Of a stretch of 64,000 bases of DNA, positions 38,827-52,626 are shown piece after piece (the stretch's first letter is position 1; each line of letters begins with the position of its first letter). A program made the translations under genes and the position numbers. Source of the DNA: Eledone cirrhosa (lineage: Eukaryota); contig OZ024745.1 in the NCBI GenBank assembly GCA_964016885.1, positions 19,282,001-19,346,000 of the forward strand, given 5' to 3'. The notes under the pieces are model-generated. The model worked only from the letters and a program-made list of their open reading frames with translations. It did no database searches and was not told where the DNA came from.

Positions 38827-40633
38827 CTGTGGTGAGATATCAAATATATATGTTAGAGACTTCCATATATAAGATGAAGTATCATATATATATACCTACA
38901 TATTTAAGACAACTGGTATACTGTTATATATAACACAGTACATCATACATTACTATATATAACACAGTATATAATACACTGTTATATATATAAGACAGTA
39001 TGTTATACACTGTTATATATAATATAGTATCATATATACACTGCTATATATAATATAGTACCATATATACACTGCTATATATAATATAGTATCATATATA
39101 CACTGCTATATATATATGTTATACACTGCTATACATAACACAGTATATTATACACTCCTGTATATAATACAGTATGTTATATACAGGTATATATAACACA
39201 CGTTATATACACAGCTATATATAAGACATGCTATACATACCTATATATAAGACTTCTATATGATACCCTATATACATCTATATATATATATAAGACTTCT
39301 ATATAAAACCCTATATATAAGACATGCTATACTCTTCTATAACTTTGATAGGTTTCGGCCAGTATTGGCCCAAGCCATGTCTAACTTAATAGCTCCACCT
39401 GGCTACTTAATAGCACCACCTGGCATATATATATATAAGACTTCTGTATAACGCCCTATATATTTCTATATATATAAGACTTCTATATAACACCCTATAT
39501 ATTACATTAGACTTCTATAAATAAATAAATGCAGACCACTTTTTGCAGAGCATTTTGCAGATACTTTCTATGAATCTTTCAAATACATTTTAATAAAATA
39601 AAATTGAAGATTTGCAGGTCAGAATTTTGATTCTCGTCTATCTTACTGCAGTAAGATTTGAACATAGAACCAAAACAATAAAAATCAAATTATGTAAATA
39701 ACATAGTCTGGTCTTTTACCTTCTCTATTAATTCACTAGCCATCCCTTTCCTCTACTTTCCCATAGACCCAGATAGGTTCTTTACCCCTTCCCCTTTTTT
39801 CTCTTTACTTAATTTTGCTTTTACCTTTCTTTTTCATATTTATGTAATCATTAATGGTTTTTAAGCCAACTTTTTTTTGTGAAGTTATATTGTAAACTAT
39901 GTAGCTAAAATCTAGGTTAATGGGACAGAGATCATTTGAAATTTAGGAGGATCAATTTTCAAGGTAACCTTTGAAAGTAAACAAATTAGGATTGGTAGCA
40001 GCTCTGGTTGTGGTAATGAAGTGGAGTAAAAAGAGAAGCTTTATAGGAAAATAGTTACAGAAAGAAGGATCACATCAATCTGTAAAGGGTTTTGCCTTTC
40101 TGCTACACAACTAGACACAAAGCTGATTTATATGAAGATATGGTATTGTCATTTGTATCCAGTGATAGAGAGTTGGGAAGACCCTTTAATTGTGTCAAAG
40201 ACATGACAAACTCTCCTATGCACTCGAATGTGAAACCATACATTAGTGAGATGCAGACTCCCGGCCTGCCTGAGAGTTCAGTAGCCCTGCTTCACTATTG
40301 ACTTGCTCTATGTAGACCTATCCAACCCTTGCTAGCAGGAAAGTGGACATTAAAACGATGATGATGATGATGATGGCTACTGTATGTAGTGAAGTTGTGG
40401 TGTTTGTTATATGTAGTGGACTTGTGGGACATGAACATACAGTGGACATGTGAGCTGTGTTGTATAGAGTAAAGTTCTAGGACAATTTCGACATAGAGAA
40501 CTCATAAAAAATTGTATAAAAAGGAATTGAGAAACATTTCTGTATTATATTGTATTATAGGTGTGGGACATTTTAGAAATGTGAGAAAGAACAATTGCAG
40601 AAGCTACTTGAAAGAAGACCAACAATGGCTTAC

Positions 40634-40685
40634 CTTCAGATGAGGGAGCTTGTTCTTGTGCCTCATACAACATATTTTTCATTAC
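40634..40685 (-). CDS. XPR1: XPR1 coding exon 2
   Basis: 52 nt, cag|VMKNMLYEAQEQAPSSE+G|gtaag; phase fits exons 1 and 3. Confidence 0.93.
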
Positions 40686-41436
40686 CTGTCAGATGATATA
40701 GAATAAATCATTAATATTTCTATTTGATAACAACAGAATATGATTGTGTATACAACCGGCCAAAATTGGGTTCCTCTGAAGGGTTCCAGCTGGATGTGTG
40801 CGTCTTGTCAAATTGATTAGGTTTGTGGTTTAAACATTTAAAATATGCACAAAAAAATGCTTCTACAGATGTAAAAGTATTTTTAAAGGTACTCTTGGGT
40901 CTCAAATAATAGCACCACCCACCCACCCCTCCTGCTTTTTCTCCTTTTTTCCACCACCACCTCACTCTTATTCCAACACCCCAGCGCCACTTATTAAATT
41001 TTGTTAAGCTATCTCCAGCGAAATTTTATTTTAAGTAGTAGCATTCCTGCAACAATTGATTTTCTTTATACATTTAAAAACATTATAAATGACAAAAATG
41101 TACATTACTAGAAATCTCATACGTTATAAAATAAATAGGATGTGTTGAGGTCTCAATATGTAAACTAAATGACTAATTCTGGTTTTTAAAAAATCAACAG
41201 AGACAACCTAGAAAAAATTACCGAGTTTACACCCCACCCCGCCCCCACATATTCGACCCCCCCCCCCCCCCCCCCACTTATTCCAACCACAACCCTATTA
41301 CTTAGGACCCAAGAGTAGATATTTAGCTTTATAAACAAAATAATGTGCAGTGGTGGTGGTGGTGATGATGATAACGATAGAGATGATGATGATAGAGATG
41401 ATGATGATGAAGTTCAGGATGATGTGAGAACCATAC

Positions 41437-41505
41437 CTCATACTGAATATATTGCTTCCGCCACTCTGGAGTTATATGAGCGGCAAGATGCTCAGCAAAC
41501 TTCAT
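41437..41505 (-). CDS. XPR1: XPR1 coding exon 1 (start codon, SPX N-terminus)
   Basis: Translates [23 protein letters not shown], nearly identical to the XPR1/SYG1 N-terminus. GT donor at 41436-41435. Confidence 0.96.
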
Positions 41506-41605
41506 GCTGGATTAACTATCTGACAGCCGGAAATTTCTGCAAGTAATTTACAAAACAAATCAAATTATGATACAATATAGTGAAAACCTGTTCAAAGAAC
41601 AACTG

Positions 41606-44600
41606 TTTATAATAGTTTTAGATAGAGAGACCCTACATTCCTTATTCACACTATAATAGTTTTAGATAGACCCTACATTCCTTATTCACACTATAATAGA
41701 TTTAGATAGAGAGACCCTACATTCCTTATTCACACTATAATAGTTATTCACACTATAATAGATTTAGATAGAGAGATCCTACATTCCTTATTCACACTAT
41801 AATAGATTTAGATAGAGAGACCCTACATTCCTTATTCACACTATAATAGTTTTAGATAGACCCTACATTCCTTATTCACACTATAATAGATTTAGATAGA
41901 GAGACCCTACATTCCTTATTCACACTATAATAGATTTAGATAGAGAGACCCTACATTCCTTATTCACACTATAATAGTTTTAGATAGAGAGACCCTACAT
42001 TCCTTATTCACACTATAATAGTTTTAGATAGACCCTACATTCCTTATTCACACTATAATAGATTTAGATAGAGAGACCCTACATTCCTTTTTCACACTAT
42101 AATAGATTTAGATAGAGAGACCCTACATTCCTTATTCACACTATAATAGTTTTAGATAGACCCTACATTCCTTATTCACACTATAATAGATTTAGATAGA
42201 GAGACCCTACATTCCTTATTCACACTATAATAGATTTAGATAGAGAGACCCTACATTCCTTATTCACACTATAATAGTTTTAGATAGACCCTACATTCCT
42301 TATTCACACTATAATAGATTTAGATAGAGAGACCCTACATTCCTTATTCACACTATAATAGATTTAGATAGAGAGACCCTACATTCCTTATTCACACTAT
42401 AATAGTTTTAGATAGAGAGACCCTACATTCCTTATTCACACTATAATAGTTATTCACACTATAATAGATTTAGATAGAGAGATCCTACATTCCTTATTCA
42501 CACTATAATAGTTTTAGATAGAGAGACCCTACATTCCTTATTCACACTATAATAGATTTAGATAGAGAGACCCTACATTCCTTATTCACACTATAATAGT
42601 TTTAGATAGAGAGACCCTACATTCCTTATTCACACTATAATAGATTTAGATAGAGAGACCCTACATTCCTTATTCACACTATAATAGTTTTAGATAGACC
42701 CTACATTCCTTATTCACACTATAATAGATTTAGATAGAGAGACCCTACATTCCTTATTCACACTATAATAGATTTAGATAGAGAGACCCTACATTCCTTA
42801 TTCACACTATAATAGTTTTAGATAGAGAGACCCTACATTCCTTATTCACACTATAATAGTTTTAGATAGACCCTACATTCCTTATTCACACTATAATAGA
42901 TTTAGATAGAGAGACCCTACATTCCTTATTCACACTATAATAGTTTTAGATAGAGAGACCCTACATTCCTTATTCACACTATAATAGTTTTAGATAGACC
43001 CTACATTCCTTATTCACACTATAATAGATTTAGATAGAGAGACCCTACATTCCTTATTCACACTATAATAGATTTAGATAGAGAGACCCTACATTCCTTA
43101 TTCACACTATAATAGTTTTAGATAGACCCTACATTCCTTATTCACACTATAATAGATTTAGATAGAGAGACCCTACATTCCTTATTCACACTATAATAAA
43201 TTTAGATAGAGAGACCCTACATTCCTTATTCACACTATAATAGTTTTAGATAGAGAGACCCTACATTCCTTATTCACACTATAATAGTTTTAGATAGACC
43301 CTACATTCCTTATTCACACTATAATAGATTTAGATAGAGAGACCCTACATTCCTTATTCACACTATAATAGATTTAGATAGAGAGACCCTACATTCCTTA
43401 TTCACACTATAATAGTTTTAGATAGACCCTACATTCCTTATTCACACTATAATAGATTTAGATAGAGAGACCCTACATTCCTTATTCACACTATAATAGA
43501 TTTAGATAGAGAGACCCTACATTCCTTATTCACACAATAATAGTTTTAGATAGACCCTACATTCCTTATTCACACTATAATAGATTTAGATAGAGAGACC
43601 CTACATTCCTTATTCACACTATAATAGTTTTAGATAGACCCTACATTCCTTATTCACACTATAATAGATTTAGATAGAGAGACCCTACATTCCTTATTCA
43701 CACTATAATAGATTTAGATAGAGAGACCCTACATTCCTTATTCACACAATAATAGTTTTAGATAGACCCTACATTCCTTATTCACACTATAATAGATTTA
43801 GATAGAGAGACCCTACATTCCTTATTCACACTATAATAGTTTTAGATAGACCCTACATTCCTTATTCACACTATAATAGATTTAGATAGAGAGACCCTAC
43901 ATTCCTTATTCACACTATAATAGATTTAGATAGAGAGACCCTACATTCCTTATTCACACTATAATAGTTTTAGATAGACCCTACATTCCTTATTCACACT
44001 ATAATAGATTTAGATAGAGAGACCCTACATTCCTTTTTCACACTATAATAGATTTAGATAGAGAGACCCTACATTCCTTATTCACACTATAATAGTTTTA
44101 GATAGACCCTACATTCCTTATTCACACTATAATAGATTTAGATAGAGAGACCCTACATTCCTTATTCACACTATAATAGATTTAGATAGAGAGACCCTAC
44201 ATTCCTTATTCACACTATAATAGTTTTAGATAGACCCTACATTCCTTATTCACACTATAATAGATTTAGATAGAGAGACCCTACATTCCTTATTCACACT
44301 ATAATAGATTTAGATAGAGAGACCCTACATTCCTTATTCACACTATAGTAGTTATAGAGAGACCCTACATTCCTTATTCACACTATAGTAGTTATAGAGA
44401 GACCCTACATATAGTAGTTATAGAGAGACCCTACATTCCTTATTCACACTATAGTAGTTATAGACAGACCCTACATTCCTTATTCACACTATAGTAGTTA
44501 TAGAGACCCTACATTCCTTATTCACACTATAGTAGTTATAGAGAGACCCTACATTCCTTATTCACACTATAGTAGTTATAGAGAGACCCTACATATAGTA

Positions 44601-44932
44601 GTTATAGAGAGACCCTACATTCCTTATTCACACTATAGTAGTTATAGAGAGACCCTACATATAGTAGTTATAGAGAGACCCTACATTCCTTATTCACACT
44701 ATAATAGTTATAGAGAGACCCTACATATAGTAGTTATAGAGAGACCCTACATTCCGTGTTCACGCTATAATAGTTATAGAGAGACCCTACATATAGTAGT
44801 TATAGAGAGACCCTACATTCCTTATTCACGCTATAGTAGTTATAGAGAGACCCTACATTCCTTATTCACGCTATAATAGTTATAGAGAGACCCTACATTC
44901 CGTGTTCACGCTATAATAGTTATAGACAGAGA
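41606..44932. repeat. 3.3 kb 40/44 bp satellite array immediately upstream of the XPR1 ATG
   Basis: Unit CTATAATAG(A/T)TTTAGATAGA(GAGA)CCCTACATTCCTTATTCACA. Confidence 0.97.
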
Positions 44933-45309
44933 AACCCTGCCTTCTGTCAACCGTACTGCTTCACTGCCTTTTAGTTATTCCTGTGGAAGCAAATATGCAA
45001 GATGAAGAGGTCCATAGGCAGCTACAGAAAGATATTAAAAATCTCAGCTTTATTTGAACCTGTCTAACCTATGCCCTCAGTGCAGGTTATTTAGTATTAA
45101 TATAATTGTTTCTGATTTAGACATAAGGCCAGCAATTTGGGGGAGAGATGGAAGTCAATTAAATCAACCCCAGTACATTACAGGTACTTTATTTTATCGA
45201 CCCTGTAAGGATGAAAGGCAAAGCTAACCTTGGCAGGATTTGAACTCAGAACATAAAGAGACAACTATATGCTGCAAAGCCTATGCTTTCTGATTTAGGC
45301 ACAAGGTCA

Positions 45310-47060
45310 ACTCCATCACGACTCCATCAAACAACCACCATCACTCTGTCAAACAGCCACCACAACCATCACCATCACCACCACTCCATCAAACAACCAC
45401 CATCACTCTGTCAAACAGCCACCACAACCATCACCATCACTCCATCAAACAACCACCATCACTCTGTCAAACAGCCACCACAACCATCACCATCACCACC
45501 ACTCCATCAAACAACCACCATCACTCTGTCAAACAGCCACCACAACCATCACCATCACTCCATCAAACAACCACCATCACTCTGTCAAACAGCCACCACA
45601 ACCATCACCATCACCATCACTCTATCAAACAACCACCATCACTCTGTCAAACAGCCACCACAACCATCACCATCACTCCATCAAACAACCACCATCACTC
45701 TGTCAAACAGCCACCACAACCATCACCATCACTCCATCAAACAACCACCATCACTCTGTCAAACAGCCACCACAACCATCACCATCACTCCATCAAACAA
45801 CCACCATCACTCTGTCAAACAGCCACCACAACCATCACCATCACCATCACTCCATCAAACAGCCACCACAACCATCACCATAACTCCATCAAACAACCAC
45901 CATCACCATCTCAACCACCATCACCATAACTCCATCAAACAGCCACCACCACCACCAATCCAACATACCCTTATCACCACTTCTCTAACATACTGTTACC
46001 CTCCCCTCCCCCCACTACTCCTCAATACACAACAGCCACAATTCCCACCACCACTACAACATACAGCCACCACCACTACCCATACTACTACTACTACTAC
46101 CACCCACACCACCACAACACCATACAACCACTACCTACCACCGACACCACTACTACCACCACCGACACTACTACTACCACCCACACCACCACAACACCAT
46201 ACAACCACTACCTACCACCACCACCGACACCATACAACCACTACCTACCACCGACACCACTACTACCACCACCACCACCACCACTACTACCACCCACACC
46301 ACCACAACACCATACAACCACTACCTACCACCACCACCACCGACACCACTACTACCACCACCACCGACAACATTACTACCACCCACACCACCACAACACC
46401 ATACAACCACTACCTATCAACACCACTACTACCACCCACACAACCACAACACCATACAACCACTACCTAACACCACCATCACCGACACCACTACTACCAC
46501 CCACACAACCACAACACCATACAACCACTACCTAACACCGACACCACTACTACCACCCACACAACCACAACACCATACAACCACTACCTAACACCGACAC
46601 CACTACTACCACCCACACAACCACAACACCATACAACCACTACCTAACACCACCACTACCACCACCACCGACACCACTACTACCACCCACACAACCAAAC
46701 ACCATACAACCACTACCACCGACACCACCACCACCGCCACCACTACTACCACCCACACAACCACAACACCATACAACCACTACCTAACACCACCACCACC
46801 ACCGACACCACTACTACCACCCACACAACCACTACCTAACACCACCACCGACACCACTACTACCACCCACACCACCACAACACCATACAACCACTACCTA
46901 CCACCACCACCACCGACACCACTACTACCACCCACACCACCACAACACCATACAACCACTACCTACCACCACCACCGACACCACTACTACCACCCACACC
47001 ACCACCGACACCACTACTACCACCCACACCACCACATCACCATACAACCACTACCTATCA
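45310..47060. repeat. CAC/CCA-rich degenerate tandem repeats
   Basis: CTCCATCAAACAACCACCATCACTCTGTCAAACAGCCACCAC units grading into ACCACTACTACC repeats. Confidence 0.9.
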
Positions 47061-47307
47061 ATTTCTTCTTCTGCTGCTCTACATACAGATTTAATCAGCG
47101 GGTATCATGCGCACATTCCACTTTACCGTGACCTACACTGGGCTGGTTTAGGGTGACAGTAAGTCCTTGAAAGGACACCACCTTCTAAGTGAAGGGTAAA
47201 AACCCTTCACCCACATTCCAATTTGAAATAGTTCGCTGCCGAAATCTCTAAAAACAAAAAAACTCTATTTGATAAAATCGTTTGAAGCCGGAAGAACAAA
47301 ACAATGA

Positions 47308-47500
47308 CAGTATCGGTAGAGGGTCGGACGCCATGCTTTGACGCATAGAGTTACGTCCTTTTACGGTCTGAGTTCAAATCCCGCCGAGGTTAACTTTGCC
47401 TTTCATCCTTACAGGGTCGATAAAATAAAGTACCAGTAATACACTGAGTAATTGCTGGCCTTGTGCCAAAAGTAGAAACAATTATTATTATTATTATTGT
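47308..47500 (+). mobile_element. SINE-like family B copy (further partial copies at ~47730 and ~52670)
   Basis: Same consensus, (ATT)n tail. Confidence 0.8.
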
Positions 47501-48149
47501 TCATATAAGTTAATATATTATTATTTTGATGATGCAAAATTAACAACTGGTTTTATTCTTAATTCAATTAACAACCGCTGTTATTTGCCAAGTTATTGAA
47601 GTAGACGGCAATTGTGCTCCAGAATGACCATGATCATTTAAACATGTTTTCATTGTAGTTTGGTGTTGTATTGTAGAATATATTTAGAATAAAAACTGTC
47701 GTTAATTTTGCCATAACCTAATATTAATGCAAGTTCAAATCCCGTCGAGGTTAACTTTGCCTTTTATCCTTATGGGGGTCGATAAAATAAAGTACCAGTA
47801 ATGCACTGAGAAATTGCTGGCTTTGTGCCAAAAGTAGAAATAATTAATGTAAGTTGAAAACCTAAGAATTAGTATTAAAGGGCACTACAACGCTATTAGC
47901 TGTCAGTCGAAGCAGCCGATGAAAGCAAAACATCGTTTATTTCCGTACCACGCGTAAGTGGAGTTACTTAAATGAAAATTTTTTTTTTTTTCACGCGTTT
48001 TTTATTTATTTTTTTATTAAAGCATATAGATGTAAGTGGAGTTACTTAAATGAAAATATAGGTGGCCCTTAAAAGGGCCAAATTAGAATATACCGCTGCG
48101 TTTTAACAGTTTTACTAGTTACACATACACACATATATATATATATACA

Positions 48150-48227
48150 CACGGTGTCCCCTCAAAAATATATACACACTTTCATTACTTTGCTGTTGAA
48201 GTGTGTATACATTTTTGGGGACACTGT
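48150..48227. mobile_element. Tiny Tc1-like MITE
   Basis: Imperfect inverted repeats ACGGTGTCCCC..AAAAAT.TATACACACTT / AAGTGTGTATACATTTTTGGGGACACTGT. Confidence 0.55.
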
Positions 48228-48228
48228 T

Positions 48229-48286
<58 letters not shown>

Positions 48287-48730
48287 GGGAAGGGAGAAAT
48301 TTTTGGATGCTATACCTGACATAATAAAAAACCAAAATACACCCCTAACATTTGTCGGAATATCAATCACGACAGTAGATAAATAAATATATAAATACAT
48401 AAATAAGAAATGATAGAAAAGGAAAAGAAAATCCCTACATTATGTAATATTCCCAGTCACCCCTAAATTTTCCCTAAATTTCAAAACCGGGAGGGGAAAG
48501 TTCGAGGGTTAAAATCCCAAATGATGGTACTTCAAATACTAGTGTATCCCTTCGCATTACAGTTTAAAGCAATACATATGATCGCTTTGATGACTCTTAT
48601 TCGTTTCTAAGGGTTTCGTTTTTTTCTCTTCTTTCTATCATATATATATATATATATATATGTCAAAATCTTTCCCTCCCTGTCTATCTTTTGCCATAAA
48701 AACGATAATGATAATCAATTCAATTAAGAA

Positions 48731-48776
<46 letters not shown>

Positions 48777-49540
48777 TATTAGTATTATTATTAAAATTAA
48801 ATACCATTTATTCTGTGACAGAGAGCTTCATCTTCTCCATCATTCGCTCCTCCAGAATCGTAGTACTAGTCGTTATTGTATGTGTGTGTTTCTGCGTATA
48901 TATATATATATATGTGGTGTGTATGTGTTTGTGTGTATATGTATATATGTTTGCGATCGCCACTCTCGCCCTTCGTGTGGAGAATGCTGTGTACGTATGT
49001 ATATATATATATGTGTGTGTATGTGTGTGCTTGGAATATTTACCAATGGTTGGTATATCGATGAACCTCTGATAGGCTTATACAGAATCAATGGATCTCG
49101 TATCGGTTCCTTTCGTTCGATCACCAAGAACTACCCACACATTTGAATTTATAATGTAAATGGTTAAATGTTTCACAAACACTTGTACTCCCTTACTTTA
49201 ACATACCCCTCCCCCATATACACATACTATGTGGGCACTCAGTTTGCTAGAAATAACAGCCAATTCTTTCCACCCACCTTAAAAAAAATATTAAGAAAGA
49301 ACACGATGTCCGATAATGTACGTATTAGATACACCTAAAACGACGGGATGGTCGTGGCTGGAATACCGTTGATCATAATGGAATTCTGTGGTTTAGTCAA
49401 GGTTGACCTAGGGCTAAACAACAACAATAACGTAATCCCATGCAGAATCTATAAACAGACTAAAAAACAGCTTGTAAAAAAAAAATATTTATCTGATAAA
49501 GAAAGAGGTGGGAAGCAGCTAGTATTGATATACAACAGGG

Positions 49541-49592
<52 letters not shown>

Positions 49593-50144
49593 TGTTGGTT
49601 GCTGATGTGTATTGAATTATGATAACAGACTTGTCGAGCACGAAATTAACCAGGTTCTTGTTTGAGAAAATGTATCGTTGCAGGTTTTACCTTTGCCTCT
49701 CAGGTGAAGGGGCCTTACTATCATGGAACGGGAATATTGTGATGGGACCCGACTTTTCCCCGCCTCCTCGGTCTAGCCCCGCAGGTACAGTCGAGTCTGC
49801 TTAAGAGTATACCCTCGGGAATGGAAAATAGTATACTCTTAACCGGACTCAGTAAAAATATTCCATAGTATTATTATTTTGAGTCTTTCAATGATTAATA
49901 ATCGCTTTATTATCGTTAAAAATGCAAGTCAACAAAACTCTCTTGCAACATTGTAGAGTGAATGTAAAATTTTATAAGCTTCAGCTTTGAGAAACTACTC
50001 TCACCATTTTCCATCGATACTGGAAGTGTGAAAAGGATGCTTAATGCACTAGCATCATTTGAGTGATATAAAAAATGTTCCCGATTTTAGAATTATTCCA
50101 ATTTATCATTTTTCCGAACTTACAATGAAAAAATACGTATATAC

Positions 50145-50398
50145 GAGAAAAATGGCGCCAAACTTTTCCTTTTGAAAGAATAATGTGATTTGTCACGTGA
50201 TAGTACTTCTAAATATGTGTATACGTATATACGTATACACATATTTAGAGGTAATGTGTATACGTATATACGTATATACGTATACACATATTTAGAGGTA
50301 ATGTGTATACGTATATACGTATACACATATTTAGAGGTAATATCACGTGACAAATCACATTATTCTTTCAAAAGGAAACGTTTGGCGCCATTTTTCTC
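50145..50398. mobile_element. Foldback/MITE-like palindrome
   Basis: ~58 bp near-perfect terminal inverted repeats around three palindromic TGTGTATACGTATATACGTATACACA units. Confidence 0.7.
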
Positions 50399-50518
50399 CA
50401 GAGAATAGCGGGAATTTCAACAAACGCAGGAGAAATGAAGAAACAGTAAATCAAAAGATAAGAAAACGGTAAGTAATATCAAATAATTATTAAAAACGTT
50501 ACACGAATAATTAAGTTT

Positions 50519-50563
<45 letters not shown>

Positions 50564-51133
50564 TTTATCTGATGAAAGCGGTGGCCCATGATAAATATAG
50601 TTTCCATTTATTAATATATTGTATATATGTATGTATGTATGTAAAAAAAAAATTATCACCAATTAAATGTATTAAACTTCTGTAATACATTTGAAAATTT
50701 ACATTGAGCCTTTTCTCCTTCCGGCTAGTACTTAGTACTACCATCCATATTTATAATCATATATAAGTATAAATATTATTATTATTCAGTAATGCACTGG
50801 GTAATTGCTGGCCTTGTGCCTAAAGTAGAAACAATTATTATTACTATGTATGTATATGTATATATATAATATAAGATCAAAAGGTGGTTAAAAGAGTTCC
50901 ATGTATTTTATTATGCGCATTTCAAAAACAAATATCATCATGCGATGACATTTGCGTTTTCGTCAGATAAAATAGGGAGACATGATATGAAGGTTAAAAA
51001 CACTTGTGAATAGTGCAGTTTTAAATCAACATATGAAAAGTAATTTAAGATTGATATGTGATATTGGGGCAAAAATGAGGGGGGGGGGGATGAAAAAGAG
51101 GAGATGAAAGTAAAGAATGGTGGGGGAGGAGTA

Positions 51134-51776
51134 CAGTGGCGGATTTAAGGAATAGGGCCCAGTCGGCATTGGTCAGTAAGGAGGTCCCAGAGTCAAAATT
51201 AAAGTACCTTCTTTTCGAGCGAGTATTGAAAAAGTTTTTTTTTTAATTTCCCATTTAGCTACCAATAATCATTAAGAAGACAATTAAATTACAAGTATAC
51301 TTTATTTGAAACAAACAAACAGATGTGCTGTACTGTAAACAAATAATAAAGTAATAAAGTTGTATATATGTTAGTCTTTTACACAAATTGCTTTTACATG
51401 CGCAGACCTCTGCGAGCTTTAACAGTTGAAAAATGAGTTATAGCGTGGTCCAAGTTTACTGATTTAGTAATTTTGTTTTCAATTGCCAGCAGGGCAAAAC
51501 TGGATAGCCTCTCCTGGCCCATCGTTGAACGAAGATAATTTTTAATTCTTCGTAGAACACTGAAATAGCGTTCCGCACTTGCTATGCCAATGGTAAAGTG
51601 ATAAATAGCCTTACCAGAATTTCAAACTCGGGAAAGACATCACACAAGTCATTGTTCAGTAAAAATTTCAGATATGGCATAACCCCACTTTGTTTTAAAG
51701 CTGCGTTTGGCTGTGAAAAGTAGAGGCCAATGAAAGAAAAGAGTTCATTTCTGAGTTCCATTATTAAACCCTTCAA
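51134..51776 (-). pseudogene. hAT transposase C-terminal remnant with one TIR
   Basis: Minus frames give VFPEFEILVRLFITLP and SAERYFSVLRRIKNYLRSTMGQERLSSFALLAIE (hAT dimerisation-domain pattern). CAGTGGCGGATTT end at 51134. Confidence 0.8.
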
Positions 51777-52218
51777 TATACAAACCTTAATTTAACATTA
51801 TTCTTAATATATATTAACAATTTCTTTTCATCGCACATATTATTAAACTCTTCAATATACAAACCTTAATTTAACATTATTCTTAATTTTTTTCTTTTCA
51901 TTAATTTTCAAATTCTTTTAATTTATATATTATCTTCCAACGGCTTTTTAACCTCTCTCTGTAAAACAATATATTTTTCTCAGTTATAAAGGCTATCTCT
52001 CTCTTTCTATCACCCATCTCTCCTCCTATTTCATCCTTCCTTATTATACTCCTCCCCCTCCATTCTTTACTCTCATCTCCTCCTCTTTTTCATCCTTTCC
52101 AACCCCCCCCCCCTCATTTTTTTCCCAATATCACATATCAATCTTGAATTACTTTTCATAAGTTGATTTAAAACTGCACTATCCACAAGTGTTTTTTAAC
52201 CTTCATATCATGTTTCCC

Positions 52219-52289
52219 TATTTTATCTGACGAAAACGCAAATGTCATCGCATGATGATATTTGTTTTTGAAATGCGTATAATAAAATA
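52219..52289 (+). ncRNA. Type I hammerhead ribozyme motif (mirror copy 50904-50974, minus)
   Basis: TATTTTAT-CTGACGA-stem II (CAAATGTCATC/GATGATATTTG)-GAAA-TGCG(C/T)A-TA-ATAAAATA: 8 bp stem I, intact core, palindromic stem III. Confidence 0.75.
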
Positions 52290-52408
52290 CATGGAACTCT
52301 TTTAACCATCTTTTGATCTTATTATTTATACTCCAGTCCTAGAAACTGTAGAGTGGTACTTATCCGATATCTGCATTGCTCTTTATTGTACTACAATAAA
52401 ACTCACCT

Positions 52409-52463
<55 letters not shown>

Positions 52464-52495
52464 TATTTTATTATACTTATTTCGAAGACATATGT

Positions 52496-52626
52496 CATTT
52501 GTATAATATCTGCCCTACGTGTTTTCTTCCGACAAAAATCCATGCAAGATGTAAATATCCGTTGATATGAGATATTCGTTGATATCCATTGATATGAGAA
52601 CACGTAGGGCAGATGTTATACAAATG
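52496..52626. mobile_element. Small MITE-like inverted repeat
   Basis: ~31 bp arms CATTTGTATAATATCTGCCCTACGTGTT / AACACGTAGGGCAGATGTTATACAAATG. Confidence 0.6.

Larger units (their letters stand above)
50867..52328. repeat. Long inverted repeat (arms ~50867-51133 and ~52047-52328)
   Basis: The arms are reverse complements over ~270 bp; each carries a hammerhead fold. Confidence 0.9.

Noticed and set aside
45283-46470. 395 aa His/Thr/Pro-rich ORF
   Set aside because: Stop-free frame through CAC-rich tandem repeats, starting inside a SINE fragment; no domain or splice support.
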